A stretch of DNA of 64,000 bases from Dudresnaya verticillata (Eukaryota). The stretch lies in contig OZ374562.1 in NCBI GenBank assembly GCA_977862235.1, positions 1,240,001 to 1,304,000 of the forward strand, read 5' to 3'. Positions 36,554 through 47,392 of this stretch are shown piece after piece. Position numbers and translations under genes: made by a program. The notes under the pieces are model-generated. The model made no database searches. It worked only from the letters and a program-made list of their open reading frames with translations, and was not told the DNA's origin. Numbering within the stretch: the first letter of the stretch is position 1; the number at the start of each line of letters is the position of its first letter.

Positions 36554-38960
36554 ATAGGGTGCGCCCTAATGCAAATGGAACCCGACGGGACTCGACACCC
36601 TATTGGCTTTTGGAGTCGGGGCCTCACACCAGCAGAACAGAACTACTCCGTCGGCGAGAAGGAATGCCTCGCTGTAGTCTGGGCTACACAAATGCTCAGA
36701 CCATATTTGGAAAGGTCTAATTTCGACCTCTACACCGACCATCAGGCTCTCAAATGGATGATGAGCATGACGGACGCGTCCGGACGTCTAGCGCGATGGC
36801 GCTTGCGTCTCTTAGAGTATGACTTCACGGTGCAATACCGTAAGGGAAAGAAAAATCAGATTGCTGACGCCGTCTCACGTTTACCTACCTATGGGTTTAC
36901 TAAGTGGGAACCGGATCTTGAGATCCCCTGCTTCATAATCGCTGATACAGATAGGGAAGATCCCCCTGACCCTTCGGCGAAGGAAGAATCGCGAGTCAAC
37001 ACCAGGTCGCGACCTTTGGAAGAATGGCAGATGGAACCCGAAGATAATTCGTTCGAGTCGGGTCTCGAGGACGAGCAATTGATAGCCAACGTGGCTGAAA
37101 AGGAAGTGGACGAGGCTTTCCCTCCTCACAATAGAGGAACTGCTTCGCCCCCAACGAACAGATGAATTCTGTAAGGGTATCAAATTAGCCATCGAAGCGG
37201 GAAAACCTGGATGCTATCTGGAGGGCGAATGCGGACTCCTAGTCCGAAGGTCTCACATTAACCGGGCTTTACAGGTAGTCATACCTAGAGCTATTCAGGA
37301 GAGAGTCCTACATCTTGCGCACTACCCAGATATGGCTGGCCATCCTGGTTTCACACGGATGTACCACAACTTGAGAAGGCAAGTGTACTGGATAGACAAG
37401 TCCCTTGCCGTTTACTCGACAGTGCGTAACTGTGTCAAGTGCGCGATGGAACGAGTCGAGTTGAGAAAACATACTTCGCACATAAAGTTATTTCCGGCTA
37501 CTATGCCGCTCGAATTCTTAGGAATTGATATCTTGGGCCCGCTGCCGCGATCAAGCAAAGGGAACGATTATCTTCTCGTCATCACCGATCGTTTCTCGAA
37601 ACTTACACGGGGTAGTCCCGTTGAAGACGGTAACGGCTTATACGGTAGCGAGAGCATTCTGCGAACACTGGGTGTATATCTACGGGCCACCCCGTTGCGT
37701 ATTGTCCGACAATGGATCGCAGTTTGCTTCCAAGTTCTTTATTGCCGTCTGTGGCATCCTCCGTATTCGGAATATGTCACTTCTACATATCATCCGCAGA
37801 CCAACGGTCAAACCGAAAGGTGCAATCGCGCCCTTATAGAAGCTTTGAGACACTTCATCGCAGATGATCAAAAGGATTGGGACGAGTTCACGTCGGCACT
37901 GACATATGCATATAATATGACCGTTCATCGTGCTACGGGATTCGCGCCCATTGATTTGGTTCTATCCAATCCACCTACTTCCATCTTAATGGAGCAAACT
38001 GAAACGGTCGACGTGGCTAGCGTACCTGCGACGAAATTCGTCCATTCAATGGAAAGAAGCGGTTGCCCGCTAGACTTGAGAAGCTGATGGATACAGCGTT
38101 ACCTAGGTTAAAATTAGCGCAACGTCGCCACGAGGCTAACTTCAATAACCGCATGCGTCTGAGCAATCAGAAGATACGCCCTGGACAATGGGTCTTTCTC
38201 GAAAGAGAAACTAAGATGAAAGACGCTAGAGGCGTAGCGCCAGAAGGAAAACTTTCCCAAAGGCTCTGTGGCCTTATAAGGCCCTCGAGAGAGGAACGCA
38301 CACAGTCGTGCTTGACGTCAAAGGCGAGCGAGAGTCGATCTCATTGGACCGCGTGACCCTAGCGCCTTCGACAGACGAAGAGCTCGGGGCTCTAGGAAAA
38401 GACTCCACGATAATTCGTGAAGCACCAGAAGCCGGGGACCATATGCAACCACCGTCTGGGCCAGAGCCCACCGATGGATCTCCCATAGAAGGGGCGCCAA
38501 GAACGTAAGATGAGGAACCCCCAAGAGGGGCCGCGGGGCACGCAAATGCGACTACTGTCCTCCCTCCACAAATTGGAACTCCAGACAATATCGATAACAC
38601 CATGGGCCCGGTTTCTCCTAACATCCCTCTAAAGAAGTACCTCTTACACTATCGCAAGGCGGTAACGCCCTACAACTCTTACAGGCGTCAAGTCCGCCTG
38701 CCGCTCAGACGGCAACGTCGATTATTGAGAGTAATGTGACAGTGCCTCCCCGTAAGTTTTCCCGCTATAAGAAATCACCACCATGTGAGTTCGTGTATGA
38801 AAAATCGTCGACTACGACGCCGATACCCATAAGTACCGTATTCGGTGGTTCCAATGCCCAGCGTCGCAAGACACCTGGAAGCCAAGGGATTATCTCCCTG
38901 AAAATTTAGTCAAACGATACCACCGTTCAAAGAAGATCCCCCTTCCAGGAGCAGCTGCCG
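36554..38960 (+). pseudogene. pol: Gypsy C pol remnant (RNase H, integrase, chromodomain)
   Basis: IGCALMQ, EKECLAVVWA, TDHQAL, ADAVSRL; GHPG...CVKC, SDNGSQF, HPQTNGQTER; KYRIRWF...DTW. Many frameshifts. Confidence 0.92.
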
Positions 38961-40351
38961 ACTCACTGGCTTAGTTGATAAGCAAAGACGTGGAATCTCG
39001 GGAAAATATAGCGATAAGCGCTCTACAGAAAGAGGCTTTCGGCCTAGAATGGGATACGAGGAATCAAACTCCTGCGATAAGGGTCGTTGGTGTATAAAGC
39101 TATCATTGTATGAAGCTGAAAACACGCGGAGGATGCTGAGAAGAAATTGGACAATCGTCCAAGGATAACATTGCCCACAGTAATGATCATCGACTATTAG
39201 GCGAGGTGGATTGAGACGTGGAGCACATACGATAATGGATAGAAGGTTAAGTCCTTGGAAAGGATATGTGGATAGATGAATGTATATTCAAGATATGGAT
39301 AGATGACATGGATAGATGTGGATAGATGTACAGAAGGTTCAAGACCTGGAATAGATGAGATCAAGGGAAATCTGGACGTCGGTAGAACCCAGTAATAGTA
39401 ATAATTGAGCCAACGCTCACATGTATAGAAAACAACACTACCCCCGGTAGGAAGGAAGCCTTATACCTCTATGGAAATCCCGTCATGGGGATACGCTCCA
39501 GTCACTTATGGATTGAAACCCAGAAGTGAGGATATGCCCTCATGTTGGACATATCCACCACTGTACTAATCGTGATGGGAATCTGCAACACTACACTGTC
39601 TGCCCTAGCAGAGTTTTTATGACTTTATCGCCATTGCGAGGCCGTCGCGGGTGAGGCTCAATACCATGGAGAAGTCGCTTCACCATGACGGTGCCCTGCC
39701 GGCAGCAGATGTGGCATACACACCGTTAGGATCTTCGAAGATGACTAGGGGATATTAACGACCCTCTCCGAAGGAGAGAGCGGTGTGTTCCTCCAAGCGG
39801 CACGGATGCGGATTGGGCCGCGAATCAGCGCCATAGAGGCGGAATGACCTGCAAATCAGCTATAGCTGAGGAGCCCCCGCCTCGATTGGCGCCAAAAAGG
39901 CGGCCAACTCTACAGTACATTTTCGGACTACTGTAGGGTCTCCCCTATCGTTTCTGGCATTAATTGATTTGGCTAGGCGCCAAGGGAGGCGGATTGACTA
40001 AGGAATCACAATCTTTTGGCACCACAAGCCACGGGGCGGTGCCCCGACATCCCCGGCTCTCGCTACCAACTCCCTTGAGGAGTATGCCGCGCAAGTGCGC
40101 AACCCCCTCTCAGAGTTTGAAGGATATAGACGAGAAAAAAGGGATGTCCCTGACTTCAAAGCAGTAAATCGAGGGAAGTCGATCGGGGTTCCCTCGGAGC
40201 CTAGTCGCGGATGCGTGTTGGTGAGGGCGACCTCAGTCGTTGGCTCTACTATTGGAAATCGGCTATAACCGAAGTGACAAAATCAATAACAAGTCACTTT
40301 AGTTCAGCGGATAAGCCGCTCTTCCCCAAGTGAGGAGAATTACAACTTCGG

Positions 40352-42630
40352 CTAGTCCGATAAAAGGTCAATAACCTCATTCTCACCCAACGGAGGATTC
40401 GGCTGGGGTGCCGAGTGAGATACGACGACACGTCGCACCTCGCGCACGACGTGACGACTTCCCCCTCCGCGAAGCAGACCACGACCAGGCCGACTCCCCT
40501 CTAACTCGCTTAACGCACGGCGATAGGCCGTTGGCTGGCCCACTTCCATGGCATCAACGCCATCATTCTGGCTACTCTATACGAGTGGGGCCACTTCGTC
40601 TTCTTCCTTAACGACGAGCTCAGTCTTCTTGACGACGTCGTCTTGCGGGGCTACGTTAGACTCTCCAGCAGTGGGTAAAGGCCCAGACGCGATATCCGCA
40701 GGCTTCAAGGCCTTCTGGATGGTGCCAATGCGTTGAACAAGCAAGGAGTCGCCCTTAGAACGGTTAGCATCGGGCTGATCCCAAGAATCGTCTCGGGGAG
40801 AGATCGTGTTGAGGAACTCGCCAGTGGCGATGAGGCCAGATATTCGCGTCGTAGGAGCAGCCGGCGCCACCGTCGATGATGAGGCGCCAGCTGTATTGAT
40901 AAGCTTGGTAGTCGAGTGGGATATGGACGCTCCATGACTGGTCGAAGGTGCCATAACTGACTCTTCACGAGGAATCACCGAGGTGTCACCACCTGTCATA
41001 GCACGCGGAGCCAAAACCTCGACCCTAGCCGATTCCTTCTCAATACGCGGCGTCGCTGAATGGCCAACGCCCAAACGCGGTTTGATGTCAATATCATTGG
41101 TGTATCCCTTCAAGGGCGGAAACCTTGACAAGTGGGCACGGAGTTTCTCCAAACGCTCCACAGGACCCGTAGTCCTCATCCAATGGGACTCATAGTCCAC
41201 CATAATCTCCTCGACCCAGTCGGAGAGGCTATTAACGGTGAGATTCCGAAGCTCCCAAGGCACCGCGAGGCGGATAGCCAAACCCCGTTTGTTGAAGACG
41301 TCGCGCAAGACGTGATGGGCCTTACCGTGGCCAGTTGGAGCGCGGGTGCGTACACACCTTGAAATTGACCATCGACAGTGTCGTCGAATGAAGGTATGTC
41401 CCCTGGAGTCTCCGGACCGGGGTCCTGACAACTGGCGCTGACCCACCCTTGAGTAACACCAGTAATGTGGTTTCCCTCATCCAAGACCAGGGGTCTCTCC
41501 TCTGCCGGCTCATGCTGAATCAAGAAGTCCGGCAACACCGGATGCCAATCTTCTGGGTCAAAGTCCACCCAATCTCCTCGATCATACACAGGAGTGAAAT
41601 GACCGGTATTCTACGGGAGATGACAATTCCGCTTGGAGATTCGGCTCCACCGAATGCGGTCTATAAAGACCAGAAGGGCCTTCAAGTCCTGTGCATCATC
41701 GGCGTCCGCCAAAATATTGTCGATACCCATCTCCTTGATGGCAGCGCGAAGGGGCTGATTGATGAAATACAGCATCCCGTGACGAGCCTCAGAGACGAGA
41801 GTCTGAGCGACCAAGACGATCCACTCGTGACGGAAAAACGTCCAGAGTACGCTCTCATCCATGGCTCGCGCCATCATGTTCAGACCAAAATATGCCACGA
41901 TGGTGGGGGTACCCACTGGCATCGAATATGAGACCTCATACGACGCGTGGTCGTCAGGCACGTGAGGGTATTTAGCCCTGTAATACTCTGGTTTTATGGC
42001 AACCACCTCTTGTCAATGACAAGGGATGAGGAATCCAGTCCTGTGGCGCTGACGTCGCTCAAAGCGAGCATAAGCCAACGGTTTGGCCGTCTGCGGGTTG
42101 TCAAGCGCATACTTAAGGTTGGTGGACTCGTCCCAACGGACGACGCGAGCTAGCGTATATGGATAGTTATCCCGCCCCTTTCGAATAAGGGGGCGGGCGT
42201 GGCTAGCCATGCGAAGGTCCCACTTTCCACTCGAGTGGAGTTCTTGCATCGCCTCCGGCTGGTATTTCAGCTTCCCGGAGATACAGTTCGTGAATAACAC
42301 CTCATACCTGAATCGCACGTATGCGAGGCCCCAAAGGTAGCAGGACGCCTCACCCAGAAGACCGGGAACGAGTCGGTTGGTCCCGGGCAACATCTCCACT
42401 CGAGAATGGCTGACGCTGTTCCACATGCGACTCTGAGCACCGCGGTTTCCGCGTCGTTGGATGTCTTCACTACCAGCCCCAGCGCGGACTTTGATGTGCG
42501 CCAAGTCGGTGCGCACCAACCAGTCGCGACTGTGCTTGATGAAAATCGGCACACCCACCGATTTGACTTCATGGCCAAGGACGCTGGAGCTAGAGCCAGC
42601 CTCTCCATAGGTAAGACCCGAGTTATTCAT
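40352..42630 (-). pseudogene. Antisense accessory ORF of gypsy C (fragmented)
   Basis: Consecutive ORF pieces 42630-42013, 42006-41611, 41589-41176, 41446-40577 and 40549-40352 align in order with the D copy; ends ENEVIDLLSD-stop. Confidence 0.85.
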
Positions 42631-42710
42631 CGTAGAGATGGTCCGAACCCAACGTCGTGATATGTGGCACGTTCCCTGGGTCGCGAGTGGGGTAGCCCCA
42701 AAGCGATTCT

Positions 42711-42951
42711 CCTAAGGCTCGGAGGCCTTCTTCTTCTGTACGCACGTCGGCTCCAAAGCCGAACCCTAAGGTGGCGAGCGCGACCTGAATAAGTCTCCCA
42801 AGTATCGGAGGCCTTTTTATTGAATAAGTCGGCTTCAAAGCCAATCGTCAGAAAGGGGAGCCCGACCTGAACGATTCTTCTAAGGCACGGAGGCCTTCCT
42901 TGGATATGTCGGCTCCAAAGACGATCCTCAAAAAGACGAGCGCGACCTGAT
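42711..42951. repeat. ~80-bp tandem repeat x3 in the leader of the gypsy C antisense ORF
   Basis: cggaggcctt...gtcggct.caaag.c...gagc.cgacctga occurs three times. Confidence 0.85.
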
Positions 42952-43489
42952 TCGTTCGGGCGACACTTCCAAGAACACGACGGAATTCGTATCGTGATGC
43001 ACGCGTGTCGTGCGACGCGATAGAGAGGAAGATCGTACGGGCGCTGAGAGGCATGGCAGGGAGAAGAGCAAAACATGACGCGAGTCGTGAAGGCGTAGCT
43101 GGACACAGAGGTTGTTGGAAATCCGACGCAAGACGGCCGGCGTTCGGGGTTGTTGAGGTGAGGGGTTGTGTCAGCGATGTCGAGTGAGAGGAAGGGCACA
43201 GTCAGCTCTGCGCCGACGTTGAAATGGACGCCCCGTCTGGCGCGCTGAGTTGTCAATACCAGTAGCGGCGCCGATTCCGCGCCACCGCTGACGGATCTCG
43301 CCGTGCTGATCTGGCGCAAGCACTGGCGCTGACGCGTGCCAACGTTCGTGGGACGGATGCTTCTATAAATTTGGAAAACCACTCTTGGCTGGGCCAATCT
43401 TTCGGGGAGATTTCAAATCCCAACGGTCGGAACCGTTGGAAACAGCATTGCTGTACTGACGGGGTCGCTCAGTTTTAAGAAGGGGGCCG

Positions 43490-44112
43490 TGTGGAATATT
43501 GAGCGCCCGGTCTCTGTAAGCACACGCGTGTACACGAGGTGCCTGTAAGGTGTGGGGCGCACAAGGATGTGACGGTTGAGATGGCTTACTCTCATTGGGG
43601 GATTAATCATGGTCACGCATATTTTTGGCGTGGCGCGCCAAACAGCAGCGCGACTGTACCTCGTAGTGTAACTACCACTCATTTCTATCTTTGGATTGTA
43701 GTCCATCTTTAGTGTACAGTATTAGGTAACTGTCAGTATTATAACTCTAACTTAGAGTGGGTAGCATTTCCGGATTCCCGCCGTATTTATTGGGCCCCTG
43801 AGTAGCAGGGGCCCCGCACTAAACCGGCAGCGGTGTTTGCTCTGGGCTGTGCCCATTTTCTGGTCTTCCTACGGGGCCACCGTTGTTGCCTTGCCTTGGG
43901 CGTCTACAAGCCCTATCGTGTACGACGATTGCTCTACGCTGTAGGGTTCGCCTTCCCTTTTCTTTTTTCTGGGTATTACACCCACTGCGAGTCTCTACCA
44001 CACCCCTTTTCGCCTTTTCCATTGAGCTACCACCCACCGAGAGTGTTTGTCCCCAGGACAGCTGTCACGCCGTTTTATCGCTGACTACCTGGTCAAGGGC
44101 CATTCTAATTCA
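43490..44112 (+). repeat. Gypsy C 3' LTR
   Basis: Follows the PPT; TGTGG...CA; second copy (inverted) at 36037-36553. Confidence 0.85.
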
Positions 44113-44556
44113 TAGTCCCCCAAAACAAACTTTAAGGGTGGCTATGAGACTCAAAAGGGCTTCACAGCGCAATTATCGCACCACCGCCGATTAATTAAGT
44201 GGAATCTGCGCGTATATCGATCGTGAAGTATCGAAAGCCACAACATGAAAATCGTTTTCAGTTTTAGTTACATATATCCCATTAACATGATACAATTATG
44301 CAACTAATACATGGTTCAGTCGGTCACCAGCATAGGAAAGCCTAAAGCAACAAGCGTAGTGGTTCCGTGATCCAAACTGGTTAGGTAGTTCGTTAAGGAG
44401 GTATTAGAGTTTATAGTTTTAAATGGGAGGAACAATGGCCACAAGGAGAGGAGTAATATTGAGGCGTGTTAATGACTCGAGGTGAGAAACGAACCTGGAT
44501 GAAAGGGGCTGCGACCTGGTTTTCCCAGGGAAACAGTCGGACAAGATCCGTTGTTG

Positions 44557-45192
44557 TGCTAGTGCGGGGCACCTACAATCCACCTAGCCTGATACGTATA
44601 TCCCGATAGAGTGACGGACAAGGCCTGATCGTGAGCCCACCGGTGCAGTCCAGGTGCGGCGCAGAAGATCATTCTGCAAGGTATCGGGTGCAGCGACCCA
44701 AAAGAAGATTTGAAGAGAGGCAAAGAAAGGGGAAAAGGTAGGTATTAGAGATCATTTAACGGTTGGGTGCCCATATCTCAGAAGAACGGGTCAACGGTTG
44801 TCGATCTATGGTGACGGAGGTCTACGGGTGGACAGGCTCTCTGGTACTCTGTTGTTACTGGTTTCCCAGACGTGAGGTTACTCGTGTTAAGCTTGGCACC
44901 GAAGTGCTAGGCCCGGCGGTCGATTCGCCTCCATTTACCAGATTCACAGCTCTAGGTGGCTAAGTACTACCGCCACCGGGACAGCAACGCCAGCGCGCGC
45001 GGTTTCACTACTGCAGGTTGTAAGCGCTGGAGCTAAAACTAGATCTAAACGGGAGAGCTGAGTGGGGCCACTCGTGCTTACTATAGACTGTGTCTGTCAG
45101 TTAGTCGGTATCGATGTGCCTGTAATGCGCGCCTGTAAGGCATATGATCCGAAATTGGATCAGACGAGTGTGGTGAGTGCCCGTGCACTACA
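44557..45192 (-). mobile_element. Possible degenerate solo LTR
   Basis: Imperfect terminal inverted match TGCTAGTGCGGGGCAC / GTGCCCGTGCACTACA and a purine tract like those in the other LTRs; no clean TSD. Confidence 0.4.
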
Positions 45193-46735
45193 GTCGCACA
45201 AGATGCAACTAGGCTTTCAGAGGCGTCTCCGTGCGGAGATGGCAGTCGTACACACACTATCTGCAATTACCCAAGGGGAAGATTACATAGCAGTAATAGA
45301 CCTAAGACAGGCCTACGGCCGTGTCGACAGACACAAACTCATCAACATTTGTGAAGAAAGACTCCCCTCGTAACTTACCGCGATGATCCGCAGCACCCTT
45401 GTATCTCTAAATGTGCGAACTGCAGGCGATGCAACACCGTGTCAGGCTGTAATACAACGCGGTGTGGTGCAAGGATCCTCCCTCAGCCCAATCATTTTTA
45501 ATATTTTCATCGACTCGCTAGCGTACGAACTTTGCGAAGCTCTCCACCGCAGTGACCAAGACCCACCTGGTCGGCTGTTTGCAGATGACTGCCTGATACA
45601 GACTTCTTGTCCCCACTCCCTACGCTTAGCCCTACAGGTTTGCGATCAATGGGCTGCCATGCACGGAATGATCTGGTCTCCCGCCAACTGCACGGCCATA
45701 CGCCCAACACGTCACAGAATAAGACCCAGCACAGCAGCGTTCAGTATCGCCGATGCACCAATCCCTGTCCGGAGCACCTGTTGGTACCTTGGTGTTGAAA
45801 TTAACATCAACCGGGCCGGGGCCGGTACAGTGCTCGCGCGCATCTCTGCCGCCAACAGGGCCTTCGGCGCACTGAATCGGACCCTACCAGCGCGGTATAC
45901 CCATCTACTCACCTTCCTCTTTCCGCCTCTATCCTTCACTTTCTCTTTTCGTCTTCGCGTACGCGAGACTGTTTCGGACACGGACGTGCCCACTTGTCAC
46001 ACATAACGAGTGAATTGGAAACCGCTCTCGACTTCCTCGACTCCCGGTTCTTCCGTATCTGCATAGGGCAGAAATCGCAACGCGTGTCCGCACCCCGGCT
46101 GCGGAAACTACGCGCCCTCTACTGCACGGCGCCCCCGAAGGTCCGCCATATATACCTACAACATCAACCTATCCAAAGCCTCCGAAGGACCGCACGATCA
46201 AAAACCACAACCGCATCGTGGCACGCAGGTTATACGCTACAGGCCCTCACAAAGTTCCGGAACGTCTCACTCCGTAGTACAGCCCAGAGTCCTCCGCTCC
46301 TATTCCAGCGCCAGGCACACCTGTCAGAGCTGCACAGCATGTGGAGTGATGCACTCAGCGTCAGGATAGCCGCGCCAGTCTACCGATCCCACCGGTTCCC
46401 ACCAGCACTACTCCCGTCGGACCACCAAGATCAGCAACTAGCAGTTCGGTGGCACCTCGGCACGTTCCCGATACGCCCCAAATGCCCATCCAAGTGCGCT
46501 GCCCTCCGCCAACCCGCCGCTACTCTATCCAATCTCGCTATATGCGAACCCATCCCTCAAGATCTCCAAGAAATAACGGAAGCCATCTACCTGATCCGAG
46601 CCGCCTGCGAAGAATTCCGTCTTCCTCTCCCGCACGAGCACTCGAAATCGGCTCAATAGACCACAGCCCGAAAGTGTGCCTGCAAATGGGCCATTGCCGC
46701 CCATGCTGGACCACTCTAAACAAAACACCAATAAA
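45193..46735 (+). mobile_element. 5'-truncated non-LTR retrotransposon (LINE): RT C-terminal half and 3' UTR
   Basis: MQLGFQ, IDLRQAYGRVDR, GVVQGSSLSP..FNIFID, LFADD, YLGV; homologous to the minus-strand LINE; AATAAA at ~46730. Confidence 0.9.
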
Positions 46736-47392
46736 TCAAACTTCACTACAGATCCCCCTTCGTAGCGTTGAGCACCGTAAGACCCCTAATGCTTCCTACA
46801 AAAAGATACTATTCTCTTATTACCGAACTGCATATGATATGTACGGAGTGGAGTTGTTCTCATCAATATTGAATTAGTAGATGGTACATGGAACACGGGA
46901 AGTGTAAAACATGAAGGCAGTCGACAATGATAATTCATAATGCAGGTACCGGCAACAACGTCTATGGATATAGCATCGCTATGCAGACTTACATGGAGAA
47001 AATTACCTCCTCTATCAACACCATGGCGGACTTGTTTTTATATTGCTCCAGCGTCCGGCATACTCGTGTATATACGCAGCATGGCTTCAAACAAAGCGAA
47101 TTGTACTTGTCCCGAATGTCACGGAGAATAAGAACATTCCATTTTTGTGGTTCGGCCATTTTGTATGGATGTGGTACTCTGGTGACCTGAGTCTCGTTTT
47201 AATGCTTTTATGGGCATTATTGACTGATGTCTAGAGGTTCTTTGCATCAGCTTTCTTGTTCTTTAGGCAACACGCTCAAACGCCAGATATTACTGTCAAA
47301 AGTGCTACAAGATGTAGAAAATGCAAATGTAAATGTACAATGCAGCACTGGTTCACCCTCTGAGTCTCGAGGTAAGAATTCTGGTTCAGGCA

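Larger units (their letters stand above)
36554..44112 (+). mobile_element. 5'-deleted Ty3/gypsy element C (RH-IN-chromodomain, antisense ORF, PPT, 3' LTR)
   Basis: pol remnant on +, antisense accessory ORF on -, PPT AAGAAGGGGGCCG followed by LTR TGTGG at 43490. Confidence 0.88.

Noticed and set aside
42711..42951. Repeat arrays (here and 13255-13514) as CRISPR
   Set aside because: Degenerate head-to-tail units without unique spacers, no cas genes, and a eukaryotic TE context.
46760..47392. Short ORFs between the two LINE tails, possibly continuing at 52600-52830
   Set aside because: Could be a decayed gene split by the LINE, but there is no recognisable motif.
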